From a virus (taxonomy: Duplodnaviria; Caudoviricetes), in IMG/VR virus record IMGVR_UViG_3300020044_004882, positions 1-25,878 of that record: DNA of 25,878 nt; one strand, 5' to 3'. The position numbers were made by a program, and so were the translations under genes. This document shows, one piece after another, positions 1 to 6,748 of the stretch. The notes beneath the pieces were generated by a model. The model saw nothing but the letters and a program-made list of their open reading frames with translations. It was not told the origin of the DNA and searched no databases. Numbering within the stretch: position 1 is the stretch's first letter; the number at the start of each line of letters is the position of its first letter.

Positions 1-2
1 AG

Positions 3-128
3 ATCAAGTTGAACACATGGAAGAACTTAGGTGAGGCAGAGTCACACGTTCTCAACGTGCTCGTAGATGTATACGACTACCCTCACCCATACGGCGAGTA
101 CAAATCATTTCTTATCCATTGCAGTTAA
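3..128 (+). CDS. 3' end of a hypothetical phage protein (truncated by the window start)
   Basis: Open frame IKLNTWKNLGEAESHVLNVLVDVYDYPHPYGEYKSFLIHCS* ends at TAA 126-128, just before the RBS of the next gene. Not in the ORF track. Confidence 0.6.
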   Translation: MKLNTWKNLGEAESHVLNVLVDVYDYPHPYGEYKSFLIHCS

Positions 129-143
129 CTTAAAGGAACTACC

Positions 144-368
144 ATGAAACTCGTATACGAAAACACATTCTGTCCTGTACAAATCGGTGATAGCGTTCAC
201 ATAAAAAATACCGCTTACACCGTGAGCCAAATCATAGAGCCGCACAAGCCTAGCAGCACAGGGCGAGTAGTCTGCATAGCAGAGGAAACGCTTAACACCT
301 ACACATGGTTTCCTAGCGTCATTAAAGCGCATTGGATTGACCGCACAGACCAACCTTGGAGCGCTTAA
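144..368 (+). CDS. hypothetical phage protein (74 aa)
   Basis: AAAGGA RBS before ATG 144; tightly packed with neighbours. Confidence 0.8.
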   Translation: MKLVYENTFCPVQIGDSVHIKNTAYTVSQIIEPHKPSSTGRVVCIAEETLNTYTWFPSVIKAHWIDRTDQPWSA

Positions 369-370
369 CC

Positions 371-526
371 ATGAAAGACCTCATCTCCCTTTGCTTCGTA
401 GGCATCTTCGCTATCGTGGGCTTTGTGCTCATTCTCATAGGCGTTACCTCGTACGAACTCGGCGGCTTGCTGCCGTTCTTGCTTGGCTGTGGATCGGTCA
501 TCATCTCTTTTCGCATCATGCCTTAA
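371..526 (+). CDS. small membrane protein, 51 aa, two predicted TM segments
   Basis: Manual translation MKDLISLCFVGIFAIVGFVLILIGVTSYELGGLLPFLLGCGSVIISFRIMP*; GGAG upstream; fills the gap between 368 and the 529 palindrome. Below the ORF-track size cutoff. Confidence 0.7.
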   Translation: MKDLISLCFVGIFAIVGFVLILIGVTSYELGGLLPFLLGCGSVIISFRIMP

Positions 527-528
527 CT

Positions 529-549
529 TTGTGGAGACTTCCTCCACAA
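529..549. repeat. palindromic element copy 1 (TTGTGGAG-acttc-CTCCACAA)
   Basis: 8-bp perfect inverted repeat with 5-nt spacer, just after the TAA at 526; recurs at 1880 and 3210. Confidence 0.85.
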
Positions 550-571
550 CCACTCTCTCAAAGGAACTACC

Positions 572-802
572 ATGTCACACACAACATCACTCTCCTTCCC
601 CTTCAAGCGTACCAACAAGAACGTAGGCGGCTTGTTCGTCATAGACCTCAACCGCAGGGTAATCGTTAAAGAGCACAAGCACTACAAGACCGCTCTTAAC
701 TGCTATCGCAAGCTAGGCGGCTATGGTCACGCCATCATCGTACCCAAGGCAGACGCCCTCAACTACCTAGCTGAAACCCTTCACTCCACAACACGTTTGT
801 GA
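572..802 (+). CDS. hypothetical phage protein (76 aa)
   Basis: AAAGGAACTACC-ATG translation start identical to that of the 144 gene. Confidence 0.8.
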   Translation: MSHTTSLSFPFKRTNKNVGGLFVIDLNRRVIVKEHKHYKTALNCYRKLGGYGHAIIVPKADALNYLAETLHSTTRL

Positions 803-832
803 GAAGTACCCCTAAAAACCCCTTAACAACAA

Positions 833-1126
833 ACGTCCAACAAACGAGCGCAACGTCCCAAGTGTTTGCCGCCCGCAAACCCGCGTGGTTATTGAAAGTC
901 ACGTCCAGCCGGTACTTACGTCCATATATATATATATACTTAACTTACTTAATAATAGTATCTATATAAGTGGACGTTTCTTTTTGGCTGAAGACTTACT
1001 TTACAAGGTTAGGCTTTGTAGTTTTTTAAAAAGGTGGACGTAAGTACCGGCAAGGGGTAAGATCGTTGCTGTATATACCTCACAAGCCGGCAAACACACC
1101 GGACGTTATGTTCGTTTTATGGACGC
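833..1126. other. putative replication origin: mirror-symmetric ACGTCC/GGACGT repeats around an AT-rich core
   Basis: ACGTCC at 833, 853, 901, 918; GGACGT/C at 972, 1036, 1101, 1121; perfect 17-bp IR 908-924/1035-1051; 10-bp IR 862-871/1088-1097; (TA)7 at 925-938. The structure is seen directly; the function is inferred. Confidence 0.6.
1035..1063 (+). promoter_or_regulatory. possible sigma70-type promoter for the 1143 gene
   Basis: TGGACG (1035-1040), 17 nt, TAAGAT (1058-1063); 4/6 match in each box; overlaps the right arm of the 17-bp IR. Confidence 0.3.
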
Positions 1127-1142
1127 TACCTAGGAGACTTCT

Positions 1143-1877
1143 ATGGACATACCCCCCAAGAATGGCGTATTTATTGACTTAGGAGACGCCAACAACCCCG
1201 AGCGTATTATGTGCCACCGCTGCCGCATGATAAAACCCGCCGCAGACTTTAAGCGAAGGGCTACCCGAGCGCAAGCATTGGCGTGGGGTTTCAGCGGACA
1301 AGTACGTTTAGAATATGAGAGCAAATCATGTAAAGCGTGCTACAAACCGCCCAAGCCCTTATCAAAACTCACGCCCCTTCAAATAAAACAGCGTCTTTCC
1401 ACCGGCAATCACGAAGGCTCTGAAGGTAGGGCAAAGGCTATTCTTGAGACTAAATTAGCCCGAGGTAGAGCGGCAGTAGCGCAAAGCGTGAAGAACCGAG
1501 AGAAGAGGTACGCTAAAGAAAGCTGGAGCCAACCCTTGACTGCGCTAAAACTCACAAGCAAAAGATACACACGCCAAATCTCCGACATAAAAGCGAAACA
1601 GGCAAAACAAACAAAACAAACAACACCTCAGTCTCGGTCATCTTTCACCGAACGCATAGCGTACACCACGCTCATACTAGCTACAGCCCGAGCAAAAATA
1701 AAGCAAATCAAAGAGCACATAGCCAACGGGCAGAAGAAACCCGACAGTATTACTCGATGGCAAGACCTGATAACTGACAAAGAGAAGGAGAAGATACAGA
1801 GACACTTCGACGCCATACCCCCCGAACAACGAGCCGCCATGCGGCAGTCAGCCGTACTGAGTTATTTTAAAAACTAA
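1143..1877 (+). CDS. basic hypothetical protein with an N-terminal CxxC...CxxC putative zinc finger
   Basis: AGGAG RBS; CHRC and CKAC motifs; Lys/Arg-rich; short KQAKQTKQT low-complexity run. Confidence 0.75.
   Translation: MDIPPKNGVFIDLGDANNPERIMCHRCRMIKPAADFKRRATRAQALAWGFSGQVRLEYESKSCKACYKPPKPLSKLTPLQIKQRLSTGNHEGSEGRAKAILETKLARGRAAVAQSVKNREKRYAKESWSQPLTALKLTSKRYTRQISDIKAKQAKQTKQTTPQSRSSFTERIAYTTLILATARAKIKQIKEHIANGQKKPDSITRWQDLITDKEKEKIQRHFDAIPPEQRAAMRQSAVLSYFKN
1631..1642 (+). repeat. dispersed 12-mer GTCTCGGTCATC copy
   Basis: Exact copies at 1631, 2885, 8346 and 15249. Confidence 0.85.
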
Positions 1878-1879
1878 CC

Positions 1880-1902
1880 GTTGTGGAGACATCCTCCACA
1901 AC
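1880..1902. repeat. palindromic element copy 2 (GTTGTGGAG-acatc-CTCCACAAC)
   Basis: 9-bp perfect IR 2 nt after the stop at 1877. Confidence 0.85.
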
Positions 1903-1920
1903 AAACCAAGGAGAAGTGAA

Positions 1921-2088
1921 ATGAAGAAGTACATAGTGTGCATCGACTACTCAGCAAGCGTACATCACGAAGTTGAGGCAGAGAACGAAGAACAAGCCCA
2001 GATCATTGCGTTTAAAGCGGCAAAAAAAGTTTTGTCCAATGACGATCTGTATATAACCGTAGGCTACGTTGATGAGGTGCAAGAATGA
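1921..2088 (+). CDS. small phage protein, 55 aa, with a VEAENEEQA motif (DpnD/PcfM-like appearance)
   Basis: AAGGAG RBS; manual translation MKKYIVCIDYSASVHHEVEAENEEQAQIIAFKAAKKVLSNDDLYITVGYVDEVQE*. Not in the ORF track. Confidence 0.75.
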   Translation: MKKYIVCIDYSASVHHEVEAENEEQAQIIAFKAAKKVLSNDDLYITVGYVDEVQE

Positions 2089-2201
2089 AGGGATTAATTT
2101 GTGTTGAGCGCATGGTGCGTGGGCAGCTTGAGTGGTTGCCTTTGATTGACCAACACCACTACAAGGAGTGGGTTGGGTGTTTTAGTCTACTGGGAGAATG
2201 A
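2085..2201 (+). CDS. very small hypothetical protein (38 aa)
   Basis: ATGA overlap with the upstream stop, GAGG upstream, ends 1 nt before the next ATG; MKGLICVERMVRGQLEWLPLIDQHHYKEWVGCFSLLGE*. Confidence 0.45.
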   Translation: MKGLICVERMVRGQLEWLPLIDQHHYKEWVGCFSLLGE

Positions 2202-2202
2202 C

Positions 2203-2631
2203 ATGGGCTATAGAAGCAGCGTAAGTTATGTAATACGTTTTGAAACACACGCCAAGCGTGACGAGTATGTCGCACTCGTACTGGCTAAGAACGACCCACA
2301 CCTGACCAAGGCGCTAGGTCAATGCTATGTACCCACATCCAACGAACAGCTAGATGACCCCGTTATCTACTTCAACGTTGTCGACTGGAAGTGGTACAGC
2401 GATTACCCCGAAGTCAAGGCGCATACTACCTTGTATGAATGGGCGCACGAGTTGTACCCCGATGATTGCGACTACCGGTTCATACGAGTAGGCGAGAACC
2501 CCGATGATATTGACGAGGAGTCAACGCATGGCAACTTCGATGAGTATGACGACCTGTACCCCGTATCTATGATTGAGTCCCGATTCCCAGAAGAGTACCC
2601 ACTATTTGACCCACAAGGAGAACGAGCATGA
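2203..2631 (+). CDS. hypothetical acidic phage protein (MGYRS... start)
   Basis: GGGAG RBS before ATG 2203 is preferred over the TTG at 2146; WKWY and FIRVGE-DD motifs. Confidence 0.8.
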   Translation: MGYRSSVSYVIRFETHAKRDEYVALVLAKNDPHLTKALGQCYVPTSNEQLDDPVIYFNVVDWKWYSDYPEVKAHTTLYEWAHELYPDDCDYRFIRVGENPDDIDEESTHGNFDEYDDLYPVSMIESRFPEEYPLFDPQGERA

Positions 2632-2816
2632 AGAAGTTTAAATGTGTCTTAGTACGCACACAGTACCAAACCGTTGTAGTCGAAGCCGAGGACTATGAGG
2701 AGAACGATGACATTAAAAACAAGGCAGAGGCTTTGTTCAACTACGACATACCCTGCGAGGAGTACCTAGAGGTGTATGACATGACAGAAGTACCAACCAC
2801 CACAACCAAGGAGTAA
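2628..2816 (+). CDS. small acidic phage protein, probable paralog of 1921-2088
   Basis: AAGGAG RBS, ATGA overlap; MKKFK...VVVEAEDYEE. Confidence 0.75.
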   Translation: MKKFKCVLVRTQYQTVVVEAEDYEENDDIKNKAEALFNYDIPCEEYLEVYDMTEVPTTTTKE

Positions 2817-2820
2817 TACT

Positions 2821-3210
2821 ATGAACTTCGCTAACACCAACCAACCCATCACCACCTTCCCTTTAGCCAACCTCCCTTCCTTCCGTCTCGGTCATCAACC
2901 ACCAGAACCGCAACAACAACCAGACTTAATCGAAGCGATCACCACCATCCTCGACTCAAGCACTTGGTTCGAGGAGAAGCTAAACAAACGCATGGAGGAG
3001 ATAACCAACGAGCTCAAGGACGACATCGAAGAGCTAGTAGAAAGGGCGGTAGACGATGCCATCGACAACGCCATACGAGGGCTAGACCTGAATGACCACA
3101 TGGACGTACGGGAAGCGGTCAAGCAAGCAGTTCAAGAGGAGCTCAGCGACAACCTCTCAGACGAGATCAACAACCTGTTAGAGAACGCATCAGTAACAAT
3201 CTCAGTTTAG
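2821..3210 (+). CDS. highly acidic, helical hypothetical protein
   Basis: AAGGAG RBS; 27 Asp/Glu against 9 Lys/Arg in 129 aa by manual count. Confidence 0.8.
   Translation: MNFANTNQPITTFPLANLPSFRLGHQPPEPQQQPDLIEAITTILDSSTWFEEKLNKRMEEITNELKDDIEELVERAVDDAIDNAIRGLDLNDHMDVREAVKQAVQEELSDNLSDEINNLLENASVTISV
2885..2896 (+). repeat. dispersed 12-mer GTCTCGGTCATC copy
   Basis: Exact match, inside the 2821 CDS. Confidence 0.85.
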
Positions 3211-3226
3211 TGGAGGACTTCTCCAC
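3210..3226. repeat. palindromic element copy 3 (GTGGAG-gactt-CTCCAC)
   Basis: 6-bp IR overlapping the TAG at 3208-3210, followed by AAC as in the other copies. Confidence 0.8.
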
Positions 3227-3240
3227 AACGTATTACACAA

Positions 3241-3256
3241 CCCACCAAGCAGTACC
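3241..3256 (+). repeat. leader motif CCCACCAAGCAGTACC
   Basis: Exact 16-nt repeat at 4293-4308; GCAGTACCAACC recurs at 6721-6732. Confidence 0.75.
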
Positions 3257-3273
3257 AACCACAAGGAAATACC

Positions 3274-4224
3274 ATGATTAGCTACGCACAAGCACTATCA
3301 CTCTACAACTCACGCCCAATCCCACCACGCAGCAAGAAGTGGAAGGAGATGCCAGACAACGCCAGACCTCTGCGCCGCACCGGTGACTCGCACAAGGGCA
3401 TCCACATGACAGCCGTGGGAGTTATCTACTTCAGGCTATACAACACCAACATCGCTAAGCTCTACCCCCCACAGGCTGACGGCACTTACAGGGTTGAGTG
3501 CAGATGGTACGACTCGCAGACCACACGCAACTTCATGAGCGACTTCGGGCTGTACTACACCTACCTACTCACCACAGACGACACCCGCGTGTATACCCCC
3601 CTTGTACCGCTCTCCCGCCCTTGCGCTGACTTAACCTTTACTGCTGACGACAAACTGATTGTCTCTCGCTCATGGCACGCAGACATATACACAGCAGTAT
3701 CTAACGCCGATGACAAGCAACGCCGCCGAGAGTTCAAAGCCAAGCTCGACACCCTGACCACGCTTGCCATGTTCAAGCTAGAGAACTACCGAGCCAACGC
3801 CACGCTTGAGGATAACTACGGCAAACCGTTTAGTGGTGGGTGGCGCAACCCGCAGAGCTTGCTTGCCCTTGAGGTACACATACGAGACGGTCGCTACAGA
3901 TCAAACACAGAGGCAGAGGACTTCGACTTCAATGACTCCGAGTTTATTGAGAAGCTACTGGACGCAGGGCAGGGCGTGTTCGATGTTCTGGCTAGCAAGC
4001 GGGCGTATGCGGAGGGCTTGTTCGACTATGTAAACCGTAGAAACCCAGACCTGCAACAACAGATTGCTGACAAGAAACGCCAGATCATCAACGACATCAC
4101 GCCCGAGGACTTCAGTAAATCACTCCACAACAAGTTACTGAGTCTGTTCAACCTCAAGCAAGGCTCGGATCGCAAGGCGTGGGGGCAGTTCCAAACCACG
4201 CTGCCCCGTAAGTTTATGTACTAA
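3274..4224 (+). CDS. hypothetical phage protein (316 aa)
   Basis: AAGGA RBS, long ORF with phage-like codon usage; no recognised catalytic motif. Confidence 0.85.
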   Translation: MISYAQALSLYNSRPIPPRSKKWKEMPDNARPLRRTGDSHKGIHMTAVGVIYFRLYNTNIAKLYPPQADGTYRVECRWYDSQTTRNFMSDFGLYYTYLLTTDDTRVYTPLVPLSRPCADLTFTADDKLIVSRSWHADIYTAVSNADDKQRRREFKAKLDTLTTLAMFKLENYRANATLEDNYGKPFSGGWRNPQSLLALEVHIRDGRYRSNTEAEDFDFNDSEFIEKLLDAGQGVFDVLASKRAYAEGLFDYVNRRNPDLQQQIADKKRQIINDITPEDFSKSLHNKLLSLFNLKQGSDRKAWGQFQTTLPRKFMY

Positions 4225-4264
4225 CCCTGTATTTTTATTTTTTCAAAAGCTGTATCTTTCCCAA

Positions 4265-4292
4265 GTACTGTGTATAATCTTGTACACAGTAC
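4265..4292 (+). promoter_or_regulatory. operator-like inverted repeat overlapping a perfect TATAAT
   Basis: GTACTGTGTA (4265-4274), 8 nt, TACACAGTAC (4283-4292); TATAAT at 4273-4278; T-rich tract upstream; weak -35. Confidence 0.55.
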
Positions 4293-4330
4293 CCCACCAA
4301 GCAGTACCTACACTACCTAGGAGTTTTATA

Positions 4331-5452
4331 ATGAAGATGCTTTCCTTCAATCAAGTTTGCCAACTTATCAAAGCCATTGGTCACGAGAAGACTGTGATCG
4401 TAGAGGGCGAGAACGGTATCGGCAAGACTGGTCTGCACCACCACCTCAAGCATGACCCCATGTTTGCCGACCACATACACGTTGACCCTATCGACTGCAC
4501 TCAGTTGTCCGATGGTTCGGTGTGGATGCCTGACATTGATCGTGAGTGCGGTGTATCGCGTGAGCTACCTAACGAACGCTTCGGGGTTAGCAAGACCAAC
4601 CAGAAGGGTGTCAACGGCTCACGCCCCGCCTTCATCTCACTTGACGAGATTGCCAAAGCCAAGCAGTACATCAAGGACGTGCTTGCCCCGATCGTCTACG
4701 AGCGGCGTGTTGGCAACTACCATTTGGTTGAGGGTAGTGTTGTGACTTGCTTTACCAACCTCACCAACGAGGGGTTGGGTGATTCGATTCAGGCGCACCT
4801 CAAGAACCGCCTTATCTTTGTCAAGATGCGTAAGCCTACCAAGGACGAGTGGGTGCAATGGGCATCGAACCGCCGAGGGTTCTCAGGCGAGGTCATTGCG
4901 TTTGCCGAGGAGTATCCCAAGCTGTTTGATTCTTTCCTTGACTATGAGTCTGGTGGTGTGTACAGCGGCAAGCAGCAGGAGAAGCACAACCCGCTGATCT
5001 TTAACCCGCTCGTGGCTCAGGATGCGTACGCCTCGCCTCGCTCGTTGGCAACAGCCTCGGTCATCGTCAACGGACGTGACAAGATGGACGACATCACCAT
5101 GCAGTACGCCTTGGACGGTGCTATCGGTACAGCAGCAGCCGATGCGCTCGGTGCGTATATTAGGTTCGGTCGTGACAACCCCACCTTCGATGAGGTGCGT
5201 GCTAGTCCCAACACAGCTCGTGTTGCATCATCGCCTACGGCTCAGATCGTGATGACGTTCAAGCTCATTACCAACACCGAGGATCGTGATGATGCCGAGG
5301 CAGCGACTGAGTATGTTGGGCGTATGCGTGAGGAGATGCAGTCGCTGTTCTGTAACTCGGTCGCAAACAGTCCCAAGGTGTCGCAGTTCGTCACCGTCAA
5401 GCCGTTCCAGAAGATGCTCGCCGACAACAAGATCTACTTCGGCAACAAGTAA
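4331..5452 (+). CDS. MoxR-like AAA+ ATPase
   Basis: AGGAG RBS before ATG 4331; Walker A GENGIGKT, Walker B ISLDEI, LKNRL arginine finger, SPRS sensor II. Confidence 0.85.
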   Translation: MKMLSFNQVCQLIKAIGHEKTVIVEGENGIGKTGLHHHLKHDPMFADHIHVDPIDCTQLSDGSVWMPDIDRECGVSRELPNERFGVSKTNQKGVNGSRPAFISLDEIAKAKQYIKDVLAPIVYERRVGNYHLVEGSVVTCFTNLTNEGLGDSIQAHLKNRLIFVKMRKPTKDEWVQWASNRRGFSGEVIAFAEEYPKLFDSFLDYESGGVYSGKQQEKHNPLIFNPLVAQDAYASPRSLATASVIVNGRDKMDDITMQYALDGAIGTAAADALGAYIRFGRDNPTFDEVRASPNTARVASSPTAQIVMTFKLITNTEDRDDAEAATEYVGRMREEMQSLFCNSVANSPKVSQFVTVKPFQKMLADNKIYFGNK

Positions 5453-5474
5453 TCAACCACCAAGGAGAACGACA

Positions 5475-6707
5475 ATGAGTACAAACTTCGATCGTATGAC
5501 AGCCGAGCAGCGTCTCGTTGCTGTGAACGTAGACTTGTCCAAGCACAAGGACTTCGCCATGCTTGCGGGTGTTGCTTGCGTTGGCAAGGTTACTGTTGTT
5601 GACGATGGCTCTATGCCCACCGCTGCCACCAACGGGCAGCACGAGTGGTACGGGCGTGAGTTCGTGATGGAGATGACACGCAAGCAGCTGCGCTACCTCA
5701 AGATTCACGAGACGCTGCACAAGTCGTTGCATCACTGCACCGAGTACATGGAGATATGCACCAAGCACAAGGAGGCAAGCGGTATCGCTATGGACTACGT
5801 TGTCAACGACACCATCGAGGCGACTGACCCTGAGTTCAAGTTCGTTGATCGCCCGACTTCTATACCACCGCTCATCCATCCCAAGTACAGCGGTTGGTCA
5901 TTCGTGCGTGTGCTCAAGGACTTGTTGCAGAACGCCAAGCAAGAGAAGGACGAGCAGGGTAACGGCAAGGGTAAGACTACCTTCTTCGATCCTGATGGCA
6001 AGGAGATCGGTTCAACGATGGACGAGCACAAGGTAGGCGAGTTGACTGCCGCAGAGCAGGAGGCTGTCGGGCGTGAGGTAGCCGATGCGCTCAACCAAGG
6101 CAAGGTGTTACAGGGCAAGCTCAACGGTCGGGGTACGGGCGACAACCCTCTGGACGTCACCATGGTCAAGCGTAACACCAACTGGCGTGAGCATCTGCGT
6201 GAGTTCATCTCTAGTATCTGCGAGGGTCACGACTTGTCACGCTACAGCCCGCCCAACAAACGCTTCTTACCCCTTGGCTTTGTCATGCCCTCTCACTTCT
6301 CTGAGACTACGGGCGAGATCATCGTAGCTACTGACACCTCTGGCTCTATGCACAGCGCCTATCCGTTGGTGTTCGGTGAGATTGCCCGTATCTGTCAGGA
6401 CGTATTGCCCGAGGCTGTGCGTGTCCTCTGGTGGGAGTCCGAGGTATTGGGTGAGCAAGTGTTCACGCAGCACGACTACGACAAGCTAGGCAAGCAGCTC
6501 AAGCCCGTTGGTGGTGGTGGCACACGCCTGACGTGTGTTGCTGAGTACATCGCCAAGCACAAGCTCAAGCCCAAGGCTGTCATCTATCTGACTGATGGCT
6601 ACATCGAGTCTAACTATCAGCTTGCCAACTTCCCTACCTTGTTCGGTGTTGTTGATAACGACAGCTTCGTACCAAGCAAGGGCAAGACAGTTCGTATCTA
6701 TTCTTAA
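5475..6707 (+). CDS. HEXXH metallopeptidase domain plus C-terminal VWA domain (DUF2201-like)
   Basis: AAGGAG RBS before ATG 5475; PTAATNG, HETLH, DYVVN; MIDAS DTSGS, GGGGT and LTDG. Confidence 0.85.
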   Translation: MSTNFDRMTAEQRLVAVNVDLSKHKDFAMLAGVACVGKVTVVDDGSMPTAATNGQHEWYGREFVMEMTRKQLRYLKIHETLHKSLHHCTEYMEICTKHKEASGIAMDYVVNDTIEATDPEFKFVDRPTSIPPLIHPKYSGWSFVRVLKDLLQNAKQEKDEQGNGKGKTTFFDPDGKEIGSTMDEHKVGELTAAEQEAVGREVADALNQGKVLQGKLNGRGTGDNPLDVTMVKRNTNWREHLREFISSICEGHDLSRYSPPNKRFLPLGFVMPSHFSETTGEIIVATDTSGSMHSAYPLVFGEIARICQDVLPEAVRVLWWESEVLGEQVFTQHDYDKLGKQLKPVGGGGTRLTCVAEYIAKHKLKPKAVIYLTDGYIESNYQLANFPTLFGVVDNDSFVPSKGKTVRIYS

Positions 6708-6748
6708 TTTGTTTTTAACCGCAGTACCAACCCACCAAGGAAACTACT

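Noticed and set aside
833-1126. CRISPR-like or tandem array
   Set aside because: Repeats are only 6-17 bp, inverted about an axis and irregularly spaced; there is no repeat-spacer periodicity.
4268-4289. LexA SOS box (CTGT...ACAG)
   Set aside because: The spacer is 14 nt, not the 8 nt of the E. coli-type box.
4331-6707. Cobalamin chelatase CobS/CobT as auxiliary metabolic genes
   Set aside because: The partner carries an HEXXH peptidase domain and there are no other cob genes; a generic MoxR-VWA pair fits better.
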